From: Octopus sinensis | Lineage: Eukaryota | NCBI RefSeq assembly: GCF_006345805.1 | Contig: NC_043001.1 | Span: 15,066,001-15,130,000 of the forward strand | DNA: 64,000 nucleotides | Direction of reading: 5' to 3' | Shown: positions 1 to 13,019 of the stretch, piece by piece | How the letters are laid out: each line of letters starts with the position of its first letter | How positions within the stretch are numbered: position 1 is the stretch's first letter | Translations under genes and position numbers: made by a program | Notes under the pieces: generated by a model | The model's input: the letters and a program-made list of their open reading frames with translations, nothing else | Databases searched by the model: none | What the model was told of the DNA's origin: nothing

Positions 1-190
1 ATATAATGTATGAGTGCGTGTATATATATATAATGTATGTGTGCGTGTGTATATATATGTATAATGTATGTGTGCGTGTGTATATATATGTACAATGTAT
101 GAGTGCGTGTATATATATATATATATATAATGTATGAGTGCGTGTGTATATATACATAATGTATGTGCGTGTGTGTATATAAATATATAT
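1..190. repeat. About 30-bp tandem repeat mixed with (TA)n/(TG)n microsatellite
   Basis: Repeated unit TATAATGTATG(A/T)GTGCGTGT(GT)ATATATA, about 6 copies. Confidence 0.85.
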
Positions 191-830
191 ACTGATTATT
201 TTTAGACTTAATTATGAGATTTAATTACTCCTTACTTGTACACATGGTTATCGGGTCCTGTTCACATAACTATTATTGATGAGGTTAACATGTTAGATTA
301 CAACAGTTATTATATACACACATCTTAGCTTTATAAACTTTTTATTCTTTTTATTCTATACCCTCTTCTTTTACAGTTGGTAGCGTTACAAACTCTCGGT
401 TTACAGCTATCTTCTCCAATGCTGATAATATTTGATACCACTAATTTTCTATCTTCTTGCCCTGACAAAACTCATTTCAGCTATCAAACTCACACTGCAC
501 ATCTCATACAATCTTCTCACTTTGCTTTGTTCCAGCTGTAGCAGGTGCTCTACTTTCACTGCCTGTGTCTCATTACCCTGTAGGATAACATTCTTGGCAC
601 CTTCATCATTCACTATAACTATATCCACTTAATTAAAACTTCCTTTTACTAACTTCCAACTCTAACTTGGGCTTTCCTCGCAACAATAAAGAGCTTTAAT
701 GATTATAACCAGTTCAAATTAATATTTTAATCATAAAACTATTTTCTATACATTCCAAAAAAACACAGCTTTATTTATTTAAGCTAGAAACTTTCTGAGT
801 GCGTAAGCCTGTGCTAGAGTGTGTGTGTAT

Positions 831-861
<31 letters not shown>

Positions 862-1192
862 CACACATACACACCTTATCAATGTGTAAGTGCCTATTTT
901 TCTTTGGTAGCATGGGTCATATATGAATATATAATTCTACTACACACACAAAAATGCCATTTCACAGATGAACCAATGATAAAGCCTTTACTGTAAAGTA
1001 ATCAAACAATCCCTAAATCAAACCTCAAAAGGACACATTAGATAATGTAATCCTAGTTACCCGTAACAAGATAGGATGGTTGCAGCCAGCACGGCTTTGG
1101 TCAGTCAGGTTTATTATAAACACCTCCATATATACTAAGCCTATAGTATTCTTTTATTTGTTTCAGTCATTTGACTGTGGCCACGCTGGAGT

Positions 1193-1465
1193 CATCATCA
1201 TCATTGTTCGACCGTGGTTGAGACAATGGAATTTACCATGCTACGCCAGACTTCACGGTCCATCATGGCATTACGGAGGTCCTGTTGCTGGATGCCTGTA
1301 TCCCTGGAGATTACATCAGGGTAGGAGAGTGTGCGCCCTCTGGTATCGCGAGCAGATGGCTTCCAGAGGAGAAGAGTAGAAATTACCTCGTTTTCAGCCC
1401 TACAACAATGTCCAGCAAACTGGACTCTCCTACCTTTCACAAGAGATGACACAGGTGGTAGTTTC
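1193..1465 (-). mobile_element. 5'-truncated RTE-type LINE 3' end inserted into a SINE, with a 12-bp target-site duplication
   Basis: ORF 1201..1452 ends ...QDLRNAMMDREVWRSMVNSIVSTTVEQ* (RTE-like C-terminus), followed by a (GAT)n tail. Flanked by CCACGCTGGAGT at 1181-1192 and 1466-1477; the host SINE resumes after the second copy. Confidence 0.85.
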
Positions 1466-3902
1466 CCACGCTGGAGTACTGCCTTTAGTCGAACAAATCA
1501 ACCCCAGGACTTATTCTTTGTAAGCCTAGTACTTAGTCTATCGGTCTGTTTTGCCAAACTGCTAAGTTATGGGGAGAGAAACACACCAACATCAGTTGTC
1601 AAGTGATGTTGGGGGACAAACACACACACATAAAAACATATATATATATATATATGTACACAACAGGCTTCTTTCAGTTTCCGTCTACCAAATCTACTCA
1701 CAAGGGATTGGTCTTCCTGAGGCTATAGCAGAAGACACTTGCCCAAGGTGCCACATAGTGAGACTGAACCTGGAACCATGTGGTTGGGAAGCAAGCTTCC
1801 TACCACACAGCTACTATAGATTATTTCTCATATAACTTGAACCATCATTGGCATAAAGAAATAACTGACCATTGGCCTCTAAAAACTCAGCCAGGATTTC
1901 TTTTCTTTCTTTAAAATAACAAATTGAAGACCAATTGAACATTGCCAATAATCCCCATAAACTAGTTCCTTCATTTGGTAACATATTAGTTCAGCATTGT
2001 AAGCTTCTCGAGTGAGAAAGTTAGGTTTTCCACATGGAAAATTGTCGATTGCTGCCCTGCTCAATTTACAGACCATTTATTTATGTCTGATTACAGTCCA
2101 AATGTTCTGCACATCAATTATAATACACCTGACAGGGGAACAATTTTTGCCCTGCTACTGTACTCCTCCTAAGCTATGAACCATGAGAGTAAATACACAA
2201 ATATACTTTTATTCTCTTCCTCACATTATTTGTTACTTGTATTTTCTTAACTCTCATATTCAGCACTCTGAATTCTAATGTTTATATATATATATATATA
2301 TATCATCATCATCGTCGTTTAACGTCTGTTTTCCATGCTAGCATGGGTTGGACGATTCGACTGGGGTCTGGGAAGCCAGGAGGCTGCACCAGGCTCCAAT
2401 CTGATTTGGTAATGTTTCTACAGCTGGATGCCCTTCCTAACGCCAACCACTCCGTGAGTGTAGTGGGTGCTTTTTACGTGTCACTGGCACAGGTGCCAGG
2501 GGAGGCTGGCAACGGCCATGATCGGTTGGTGCTTTTTACGTGCCACCAGCACGAAAGCCAGTCAAGGCGGTGCTATATACATATATATCTCTCCAGCATG
2601 TCCAGAATCCTAAAGCATTAGATAAAATGTCTTGTGGTATTTCATGACAGCACATTGCATTCTGAGTTCAAATCATGCTAAGGGTGATTTTGCCATTTAT
2701 CTGATCAGTTGATATCAATAGGGATCACTCATGCCCCAGCATGGCCAAGCCTCAAGACTGAAACATATAAAAGAATATTGAAGTGTGTGTCTGTGTGTGT
2801 GTCCCACCACCACCTGACAACCACTGTTGGTGTGTTTATGTCTCTGTAACTTAGTGGTTCAACAAAAGGAAATAGATACCAGGTTTAAAAAAAAAAATGT
2901 ACAAGTCATGGGGTCGATTCGTTTGACTACAAATTCTTCAAGGCAGTGTCCCAGCCTCTCTCATCTTTTTGTCTACTCTCTTAACATTACCACTCTGCTG
3001 CTCTGCATCCCTATGCATCACTGGACACATCCCACCCCTTATACACTATTCAGTACATCTACCCTCTATCCACCCCTAAACACTTGTTTTTCATTCATTA
3101 TATTCACACACACACCCACCTATTCCTCATCTCTTACTCTCCCATACACTCTTGCAATCTCTATCCATGCACACCTCTGGTTTCTTTGTTTCCATTCAAT
3201 TCTTGAGGGTCCACACAGATACCAAATGGTATATGGGAGATGCCTGGCTTGTAGGAGACACATGGCTTAGTGGTTAGGGTGTTGGACTCATGACCATAAG
3301 ATTGTGGTTTCGATTCCCGCACTGGGCAATGCATTGTGGTCTTGATCAAAACACTTCATTTCACATTGCTACATTGCTCCAGTTCATTCAGCTGGCAAAA
3401 ATGAGCAATTCCCAGAAGGATTAGTGTCCCAGCCTGGGAGGTGAGGGATATATGTACTGCAGGAATTAGGAAACCGGCTCTATGAGTCTATATGATTCAG
3501 GAAGGATCTATCAGATACTAAATCACTATTTTTATCTCTTCCCAGCTCCAGCCCAATCACCCTCACCCTCTGTTAAAGCGTGAGTAATCATGTAGCACTT
3601 CTGCAGCAAAGATATCTGTTCTGCTCCGGTTCTTTACCCCCTGTTTTAACCCCCTCATCTTCTAACATAAAGCTGCCTCTCTCCCAAGGTTCATAGTCTT
3701 GCAAGTTGCATGGTAACCTCACACGTGACGGTGGCACCCCAAAAAAACAAAAAAACACCCATTACATAAAGTAGTTGGCATTAGGGAGAGGATCCAGCTG
3801 TAGGGACCATGCCAAAGTAGACAACAGAGCAAGTTGCACTGTTTTGCTTGATTAAATTCTACCACAGTCCAACCCATGCCAGCACAGAACAAGAATATGA
3901 AC

Positions 3903-4120
3903 TCTCTCGTTACTTCGTTACTGTATTTAATTTGAGATGCTCTGTTTCTTTCAATTATTTTAAATATAACGAAGAATTTAGTAAAGTTATCATTAAGCTA
4001 GTGTTAGGAACATAAATTGTGACTAAGGTTTGGTGGAGGATTTTAATTTAAAACTTATGAAAACAAGACATTTGTATTACAGGGCCAGAGGTGGTTTCAG
4101 CTGGGTTGGTAACGAAAGGG
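3903..4120. mobile_element. piggyBac-like MITE family A (TIR CCCTTTCGTTAC, TTAA target)
   Basis: Right end GTAACGAAAGGG|TTAA; left end degenerate. The body is homologous to copies at 17713-18341 and 20794-21004. Confidence 0.7.
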
Positions 4121-4646
4121 TTAAATGATGTTGAAGAAGAGATTTTTTTTTTTTGGTTTTCCTTTAATATGAAATCATCATCATCATCATTGTTTAACGT
4201 CTGTTCTCCATGCTAGCATGGGTTGGATGGTTCGACCGGGGATCTGGGAAGCCAGAAGGCTGCACCAAGCTCCAGTCTTATTTGGCAATGTTTCTACAGC
4301 TGGATGCCCTTCCTAACGCCAACCACTCTGTGAGTGTAGTGGGTGCTTTTTACGAAATAGAATTGGAATTTTGTGAAGATCCCCAAACAGCATGTAGGGG
4401 TCTGAAAATGCAAAAGACATTAATAAGCTAGGGTGCCTTGTATTAATGTTGATCTTGGAATTTTATTTACAGAACCATCCAAGAAAATTGCTAATAGGCT
4501 TTGTTCAAAATCATACAAGTCTCTACTCCCAGGAATTCAATATCATTTGAATTTTGTTTAATTTCTAAGAGTTCTATGAAGGCTCCCCACTATGTACATG
4601 ATGTAATGGGGTGGGTTTATTTTCTGAGATTCAACAAAAGACTTAC

Positions 4647-4744
4647 CACTTCTTTCAGCTGGTGAATTACAGGAATACTGGCCTCACAAACCAAAGACTG
4701 TAACAATCGAAGCACATTAATACAACATTCTGTGGATTGTTCTT
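4647..4744 (-). CDS. HSF2BP: HSF2BP internal coding exon, phase 1 to 0: (E)EQSTECCINVLRLLQSLVCEASIPVIHQLKEV
   Basis: ...tctctctcttaacag|AAGAACAATCC...GAAGTG|gtaagt; 98 nt = 2 + 32 codons. Matches human 'DAEVCLHVLRLVQSVVLE'. No downstream terminal exon was found in 1-4646. Confidence 0.93.
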
Positions 4745-4913
4745 CTGTTAAGAGAGAGAAAAAAAAAAAATAGACAGCAGCATAAAGATGAAAATCTTTG
4801 AAATCTTTTAATATACTGAAGCATACATTTACTCAATTCAAAATGCCGACAAACTCTGGACAGATAAAAATCTATATGTATATCAGATAAAACTTTGTGT
4901 GTGTAATGTGTGT

Positions 4914-4966
<53 letters not shown>

Positions 4967-4974
4967 TACGCATA

Positions 4975-5527
4975 CACGAGGGTGAGTCAAAAAGTAATGC
5001 CATTTTGTTTAGGACAGGTATAATTACCAACACAGGAACCTGTATCATACATCAAAACAAAGCTGGTCTTCTGTGGATCACATCTCTACTCAACATAGTC
5101 ACCGTTTCTCTCAATAGCAATGTTCCACCTTCCAATGGGAGCATGTATTCCAGCCCCGTAAAATTCTATTGACTGTTCTTTGAGTCACTTCTTCACTACA
5201 GTTTTCACTTCCTCGTCACTGGAATAATGTTTGCCTCACAAACCCTCTTTCATTGGGCCGAAGAGATGATAGTCCAGTGATGAGGAAGTGAAAACTGTAG
5301 TCAAGAAGTGGCTCAAAGAACAGTCAACAGAATTTTACGGGGCAGGGATACATGCTCTCATTCAAAGGTGGAACATTGCTATTGAGAGAAATGGTGACTA
5401 TGTTGAGAAGTAGGGATGTTGTGATCCACAGAAGACCAGCTTCATTTTGATGTATGATACATGTTCCTCTGTTGGTAATTATACCTGTCCTAAACAAAAT
5501 GGCATTACTTTTTGACTCACCCTCGTG
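4975..5527. mobile_element. Fold-back mariner derivative: two transposase 3' ends joined head-to-head
   Basis: TA|CACGAGGGTGAGTCAAAAAG...CTTTTTGACTCACCCTCGTG|TA, with arms of about 250 bp (4975-5223, 5273-5527). The plus arm encodes SSDEEVKTVVKKWLKEQSTEFYGAGIHALIQRWNIAIERNGDYVEK*; the minus strand reads DYHLFGPMKEGL*GKHYSSDEEVK..., a mariner C-terminus. Confidence 0.92.
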
Positions 5528-6263
5528 TATGTGTGTATATATCTATATTACAATAACCAATAATATGTTATGCATATATAGTAATATTAAGATCATGAAA
5601 TGAGCATTAGCTTATCTCACTCTTTCTAACGGAACCCTAGGGTTCCAGAGGAATCCTCGTTCCCTGGTTGAGGAATGCTGCCTTAGGGTATGAAGTACGC
5701 AGAAGTGGAGACAGAGAAAGTAGATGTGAGTGGGTGGGGGTTTGCAAGAGTGTAGGGGTCAAGAGATAGGGGGAAATGGAGGAAGTAGACAACATCTGTA
5801 ATGACTGGATAAGATTAAGGGGGGGGGGCTGTAGATAGTGATGAATAATGGGGTGGGGAGCAGCCAGTAGTTCATGAGTTGGGGAAGATAAAGGGATGAG
5901 AAAAAAAAGGGCAGTGGTGCGCAGCAACAGGGTAGTAATGATGATGCAGTTGATGAGGGGATGACAAGAGAGATGACATGTGGTCAGAGGTTGCAGGAGT
6001 TGGGGGAAGAAAACAGCAGCCATAATGATGCTTAACGATAATCATTCAACATCCACTTTTCCCATGCTTGCATGGGTCAGACAGAATTTGTTGATGCTGC
6101 TTTTCTATGGCTGGATGCTCTTTCTGTTGCCAACCATCACCTGTTTCCAAGCAAGATATTTTCCGACGTCCGGACATGTTTTCCACAGAAGAGTGGAAAT
6201 GAACCTTCATGGCTTGTATGATGGAGATGCTCATGATGGCAAGACTAGGGTACACACACACAT

Positions 6264-6659
6264 ACTCTTTTACTCTTTTACTTGTTTCAGTCATTTGACT
6301 GCGGCCATGCTGGAGTACCGCCTTTAATCGAGCAACTTGACCCCAGGACTTATTCTTTTTGTAAGCCCAGTACTTATTCTATCGGTCTCTTTTGCCGAAC
6401 CGCTAAGTGACGGGGACGTAAACACACCACCATCGGTTGTCAAGCAATGCTAGGGGGACAAACACAGATACACAAACACATATATATACATATATACGAC
6501 AGGCTTCTTTCAGTTTCCGTCTACCAAATCCACTCACAAGGCGTTGATCGGCCCAGGGCTATAGCAGAAGACACTTGCCCAAGATGCCACGCAGTGGGAC
6601 TGAACCCGGAACCATGTGGTTGGTTAGCAAGCTACTTACCACACAGCCACTCCTGCGCC
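6264..6659 (-). mobile_element. tRNA-derived SINE, dominant family (representative copy)
   Basis: Head GGCGCAGGAGTGGCTGTGTGGTAAG...GGTTCAGTCCC (A/B-box-like) and (AAGAGTA)n-type tail. Related copies near 1145-1810, 7305-7740, 9286-9690, 17799-18208, 19620-20180, 34294-34660, 40090-40470, 47850-48240, 53785-54225, 60878-61100 and 61850-62255. The Repbase family name was not checked. Confidence 0.9.
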
Positions 6660-8457
6660 ATCATCATCATCGTTTAACATCCACTTTCCATGCTGGCATG
6701 GGTTGGATGGATTGACTGAGAACTGGCAAGCCAGTGAGCTGCACCAGGCTCCAATCTGATCTGGCAATGTTTCTGCAGCTGGATGTCCTTCCTAATGCCA
6801 ATCACTTCAAGAGTGTAGAGGGTCCTTTTTTATGTGCCACTGGCATGGGAGCCAGTCATATACACACACACACACACACCATGGTTTTTTAGGGGGGAAA
6901 TGGTTATAAATATAAATCAACAAGTATAAGACATTTTGCTTTCAAACCAACAAGGGGAGGTTCTATGTAATTTTTCCATTTGCTAGAAATGGTAAACAAC
7001 CACACCTTACCATGTTCAAAAAGTAAGGTCATGTCAGATATATACATCATATTTCCATCATAAGGTTGGAAGATAAATGAAGAGGTCATAACTGGAATAT
7101 CTTTGGGCATAAGTTAGATGCTTCATTAGGACTGACCCTAAACGACAATAATATTCTTACCTTTGAGATGATGCCCCCCCCCCCCAAAAAGCGGACATTA
7201 TGTTTACTATCTTCCGTTACCCGAATGACTTTGGCAGGCCTGTAGCTTAAAACCTTTCAGTTTTGCATAAACAAGTTCATGGGGTGGTTTACATGGCCTA
7301 TTCTTTCTATTCTTTTGCTTGTTTCAGTCATTTGACTGTGGCCATGCTGGAGCACCGCTTTTTAGCCAAGTAAATTGACCCCAGGACTTATTCTTTGTAA
7401 GCCTAGTACTTATTCTATCGGTCTTTTTTGTCGAACCACTGATTTATGGGGACGTAAACACACCAACATCAGTTGTTAAGCGATGGTGCGGGGACAAACA
7501 CAGATACACAAACATATACATACAGTTTCTATTGATCAAATCCAGTAACAAGGTTTTTGTCAGCCCGAGACTTATAGTAAAAGACCAACAATGCATGCAC
7601 CTACACACACACACACGACAACCTTCTTCCAGTTTCTGTCAACCAAATCCACTCACAAAGCTTTGGTCAACCTTGGGCTATAGTAGAAGACACTATGGTT
7701 ACGAAACCTTTTCAACCACACAACCATGCCTGTAGCTATATGTACATGCACACACACACATACAAATAAAATCTTCCAGTGAAAAAGAGAGAGAGAGAGA
7801 GAGAGAGAGAAACAAGAGAGAAGGAAAGAAGTGATTCTGGTATTAAAGTGGTACTTTATTCATTGGCCCCTAAAAGATGGAAGGCAAAGGTCTGTGAGAT
7901 TCGAACTTAGGGCGTTGGACAAACTACTTCATGACATTTGTTCTGACACTGTGCTCTAACAACACTTCTGCCAATTCTTGTGTGTGTGTGTGTGAGTGAG
8001 AGTGAGAGAGAGAGAGAGAGAGAGAATAATATCAAAAAGGATCTACTTTGCATTTGTTGATCACAAGAAAAAGTCATTGGATCCCTTCCACATTTTGTAG
8101 TGCAAAAGAAAAATGGGTGCGAATGGATAGCTCTTTTAAGGGTTGTTTAAGCCATGAAGAGGGAAGGGCTAAAATCATATTAATACATACAACTGGGTGA
8201 TACATGCTGTGAATTGGTTACGAAGGGTACATTGAGTACAGGTACATTAAGTATAATGAATTTAGATTAAGTCTTAGAAGTTTCAGCCTCTCAGATGAGA
8301 CTTTATAGGATGAAGATGAGAAAGATTCTATATTGCAGAGCCCTGAAAAATAGATATTAAATTACACCAACTCTGCTGAGTACTTGTGATTGGTACATTT
8401 CATTAGATAAGAGCAATAACAAGGCTTATGTATATATATGTGTGTGTGTGGGGGGGG

Positions 8458-8753
8458 AGGTGCAATGGCCTAGTGGTTAGGGCAGTGGACTCGTGGTTGG
8501 AGGATCGCGGTTTCGATTCCCAGACCAGGCGTTGAGTGTTTATTGAGCGAAAACACCTAAAGCTCCACAAGGCTCCAGCAGGGAGTGGTGGCGATCCCTG
8601 CTGTACTCTTTCGCCACAACTTTCTCTCACTCTTTCTTCTGTTGGCCTGCTCGCTTAGCCAGCAGGGTGGCGTCATTTGAAGGCTAAAACAATGCGAAGC
8701 GCATTGTGACCAGCGATGTGTAACAACATCTGATAGCCTGGTCAGTCACGGTG

Positions 8754-8755
<2 letters not shown>
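8458..8755 (+). mobile_element. tRNA-derived SINE, second family
   Basis: GAGGTGCAATGGCCTAGTGGTTAGGGCAG...GGTTTCGATTCCC head. Related heads near 3265-3330, 8790-9040, 24882-25255 and 36930-37300 (minus). Confidence 0.85.
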
Positions 8756-8784
<29 letters not shown>

Positions 8785-9213
8785 GCCAACTGGTTGGGGT
8801 GTTGCACTCGTGATTGCTAGATTGTGAGTTCGATTCCCAGACTGAGCCATGCATTGTGTTCTTGAGCAAAACACTTCTTTCCACTCAGCTGTAAATGGTT
8901 AACCTTGTGACAGACTGGATTTCCAGTCAAGGGAAATGTTGGCCAACGCACCTAGCCATTGGGGTGGCATCCTTTGAAAGCTAAAACGATGCAAAACGCA
9001 TTGTGACCAGTGATCTATAATATCCCATAGTCTGGTCAATCACAATACACACACACACACACACCATATAAGGGCAAAATACTTAATCTTTTTGCTATTT
9101 TCATAGCTATACTGAGTTTGAAATATGACTTTCTAGATTGTATGATACAATACAAATTTGATGCTTCTAAAAACAGTTTGTTTACATATGCTGTTGCACA
9201 TACACACATACAT

Positions 9214-9287
<74 letters not shown>

Positions 9288-9983
9288 TCTTTACTCTTTT
9301 ACTTGTTTCAGTCATTTGACTGCGGCCATGCTGGAGCACCGCCTTTAATCGAGCAACTCGACCCCGGGACTTATTCTTTTGTAAGCCCAGTACTTATTCT
9401 ATCGGTCTCTTTTGCCGAACCGCTAAGTAACGGGGACATAAACACACCAGCATCGGTTGTCAAGCAATGGTAGGGGGACAAACACAGACACACAAACACA
9501 CAGACGCATATATATACATATATACGACGGGCTTCTTTCAGTTTCCGTCTACTAAATCCACTCACAAGGCTTTGGTCGGCCCGAGGCTATAGTAGAAGAC
9601 ACTTGCCCAAGGTGCCACGCAGTGGGACTGAACCCGGAACCGTGTGGTTGGTAAACAAGCTACTTACCACACAGCCACTCCCGCGCCTTTATATATATAT
9701 ATATATAATCATCATTTAATGTCTGTTGTCCATGCTGGCATGGGTTGGACGGTTTGAACAGGACTGGTAAGCTGGAAGGCTTCACCAAGTTCCTGTCTGA
9801 TTTGGCATGGTTTTCTATAGCTGGATGCCTTGCCTAATGCCAACCACTCTGAGAATGTAATGGGTGCTTTTATGCGTCATTTAAGTGACACTTGTATCTG
9901 TCATGACTGTGATTTTGCTCAGCACTGATGGGTCTTCTTCTCAAGCGCGAGAAAATGCCAAAGGTCGCGGTCATTGCTTCTGT

Positions 9984-10200
9984 GAGGCCCAACACTTGTA
10001 AGGAACTCAGCCTCTGTGAGGCCCAACACTCAAAAGGAACTCAGCAACTCTGCCTCTGTGAGGTCCAGTGCTTGAAAGGGACTCAGCCACTTTGCCTCCG
10101 GGAAGCCCAACACTCGAAAGGAGCCCAGACACTTTGTCTCCAGGAGGCCCAATGCTTGAAAGGAACTCAGCTACTTTCCCTCTGTGAGGCCTAATGCTCT
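9984..10200 (+). repeat. 42-bp minisatellite, about 5.5 copies
   Basis: Unit GAGGCCCAACACTCAAAAGGAACTCAGCAACTCTGCCTCTGT; reads as EAQHSKGTQQLCLC repeats in ORF 9928..10194. Confidence 0.85.
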
Positions 10201-10424
10201 AATGGTGCTATTTATATGCCACCAGTGTGGGTGCCAGTTGTATGATACCAACATCAGCCTTGACTACAATTTCGCTTGGCTTGACGGGTCTTCTCAAGCA
10301 TATATCTCAGGATAATTTTTCTAAAATATTGATTTCTAACATTGGCATATGACCACAAATAAGGAAAAAGATGTAGTTGATTCAATTGATACTAGTATAA
10401 ATTTCACGGTGCCAACAGGTTTAA

Positions 10425-11760
10425 CCCTTTAGCATTCAAATAAATCTGTCATATATAATGCTTTTTCATTTACAATGTTTTGAATTAATCATGCATTATC
10501 TTGTATTAGGTTGTTCAGAAAATAATGGCCAATTTCAGAAACATAATTTTATTCTGGAAAAATTAACAATAGGAATGTTTTGATTAGTCAAAGTATGAGC
10601 TGTGAACATCTCTGCATCTCTGCCATCGATCAATGAGATTATTTCTGCCTCATTGATAAAAACTTATTGGTTTTGATGCTAAGAAATCTTTAAAAGCTAA
10701 TTTATCACATAAAAACGTGTTTAAACGCTTACAAAAATGGTTGTCAATAGGTGAAAGATCAGGAGAATATAGAGGATGTGGTAAAGTCTCGTATCCCAAG
10801 TCTGAGTTTCTGCAGTGTCATTCTTGCAACATGTGGCTTTGCATTATCATGGAGCAGAATTGGGCCATGGCGATTCACCAATGCAGGTTTCATTTTTTTG
10901 CAAGTGAGCATGAATTTCAGCAAGTTGATTGCTGTGAACCTCTGCTGTATTGCTCTGATTGGCTTCCAGAAAGCTGTAATGGACAACTCCAATTGCAGAC
11001 CACCAGACAGTCACCATAATCTTTTGCTGATGCAACTTTGGCTTTGGGAAATGTTTGGGGGACTCATCATGATCAAACTATTGACTTGATCATTTATGGT
11101 TATCATAAAGGATCCAATTTTCATCACAAGTGACTATTTGGTCAAGAAAAGGACCATATTGGTGTTTTGTAGAAAGAACACTGAGCAGACTTCAAAACTC
11201 CAAACTTTTCAATTTTCATTGAGCTCATGTGGTACCCATTTATTGAGCTTTTTCACCATACCAATCTTCTGCAGATTGTGTGAGACTGTTGCAATACCGA
11301 TACCAAGTGCCTGAGACATTTCTCTGACACTCTGAAACCACCTTCATACTGTGCAATCACTTGTGGACCCATCTCCCCATGCTCTATTGATATTGGCAGC
11401 AGTTTGGGAGGCATTGTGCCCAAGTTTGAACTCATGCAAGAAAAGTAAGCAAAGGTCCTTTCTTGTCATGCTCATAATTAAGGGTGTCTATGCTTCAAGA
11501 ATGCTTTCTCTTTGAAATAAGTAGAAAATTATTAAAGAGTATACATAAATTATTAAGTATAGCGAAATTCACCTAAAATATAACTAAAATACTATGATAA
11601 AATTGCATTTCAAAACACAACACTTAGAGCGGCCATTATTTTAAGAATAACCTAATAGTTTTTAGATTTCGATGATGTGATTGTTTAATTTTAAAATGAC
11701 ATTGTAGGGTAAGTGTGAGAGACAAGATCTACCCTGTTTGAAGAACATAAAAATATATTT
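10425..11760. mobile_element. piggyBac-like MITE family B interrupted by the mariner at a TA
   Basis: TTAA|CCCTTTAGCATTC at 10421. The sequence either side of the mariner (TATCTTG-TA...TA-GTTTTTAGATTTCGATG) is collinear with the intact copy at 62474-62694. Confidence 0.75.
10506..11655 (-). mobile_element. Degenerate near-full-length mariner transposon
   Basis: TA-flanked imperfect TIRs TTAGGTTGTTCAGAAAATAATGGCC / GGCCATTATTTTAAGAATAACCTAA. Frameshifted minus-strand ORFs give QQKIMVTVWWSAIGVVHYSFL, PILLHDNAKPHVA and a ...YSPDLSP... motif. Confidence 0.9.
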
Positions 11761-12143
11761 AGTACCAAATAAGACATTTACTATTTAATCAATTCAGAAA
11801 GACTGCAATATTAAATAGTAGCTGTATTTTCATGTAGATACCAAAGTCAGTAACTTATTGATATAATAGAATTCCATGAACAGCCTTATATCACAATTGC
11901 TTTTAATTGCTGTTACTCCAACTTAGTACTGTTTATGTCAGAGTTAGTATATAATTATGTACTATTTAGTATGGAATTATGTCGGAGTTAATATATTTTA
12001 TACTTTTGATATTTTGGAAAAAAAAAAAATTAAAAACCCCAACCTAAAAGCCATGAAAGAAACAAGAGAACTTAACATCTATAGTACATGCCCAGTGGAC
12101 TTGTAACTTTTTCGGAAATATAGCAATTCAAATTATTGGCAAT

Positions 12144-12198
<55 letters not shown>

Positions 12199-12461
12199 AA
12201 AATATTCAATCACAGGAGTCTCATGATTGCACTCAGTGTAGGAATTTTCAGTTTAAATGAAATATGTAAATAATTAAAACAGCTGCAAGCTTTGATCTTT
12301 AATATTTTCATGTAATCATATTTAAATCATTAATCAAAAAATCTGTAGATTCAGAATTACTGCTGTGTCAGAAAGGCAAAAAAGAAAAAAATGCCAAGAG
12401 GAAATAGATTAAATGTAAATAAAAAAAGATCAAGAACTACAACAAGTGAATTTGTAGATAG

Positions 12462-12508
<47 letters not shown>

Positions 12509-13019
12509 CTAAAGACTAAATGTCACCCAGTATTTATTAAATTGTCTTCATTACTACCTGACAGCTGTAGCTTTTTCAGTAAAGTGAGTCCTGAATTTAT
12601 TTTCAATTCGCAATTAGAACCGCTTTAATGATTAAATTTGTTAAAGTGAGTCAGTACCCCAAGCCCTTACAGGCAGCCCTCTTGTTCATAGAAAGGTATA
12701 ATTATTACAACTTGCTATGTTAGGGATTTTCTAATGAGCATAAAAGCCTAATATGGATAAAAGGATATGAATGAAAGCTGGAACGACCAAACGGAAGCAG
12801 CAGTTGCTTCTGAGTAGAAGTGTGTGTTTAGATCCCATTACAGGTACCGTCTTACATATCATGAGAGATGTAATGAACATGCAAGTGCCACTTGACTAAA
12901 TGGGAACTTATGCTCAATTCAAATGGCTATGTGAGAAACTACTGGAGATTGTAATTAAACTCTGGCTGGAGAGGGTTGCTGCAGGAAGGCCATATGTGTA
13001 GCAGCAGGATTTGATTCCT

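Noticed and set aside
1879-2076. Minus-strand ORF as the terminal HSF2BP exon
   Set aside because: In phase 0, the plausible acceptors give peptides such as KEKKSWLSF* with no similarity to the HSF2BP C-terminus. The last exon is probably left of the window.
5637-6023. 128-aa Leu/Pro/Ser/Thr-rich ORF
   Set aside because: It is the reverse translation of purine-rich low-complexity sequence next to a hAT-like end.
9118-9348. ORFs with IYIYIY, HTHTHT or VCVCVC runs throughout the window
   Set aside because: These are translations of (AT)n/(CA)n microsatellites and adjacent SINEs.
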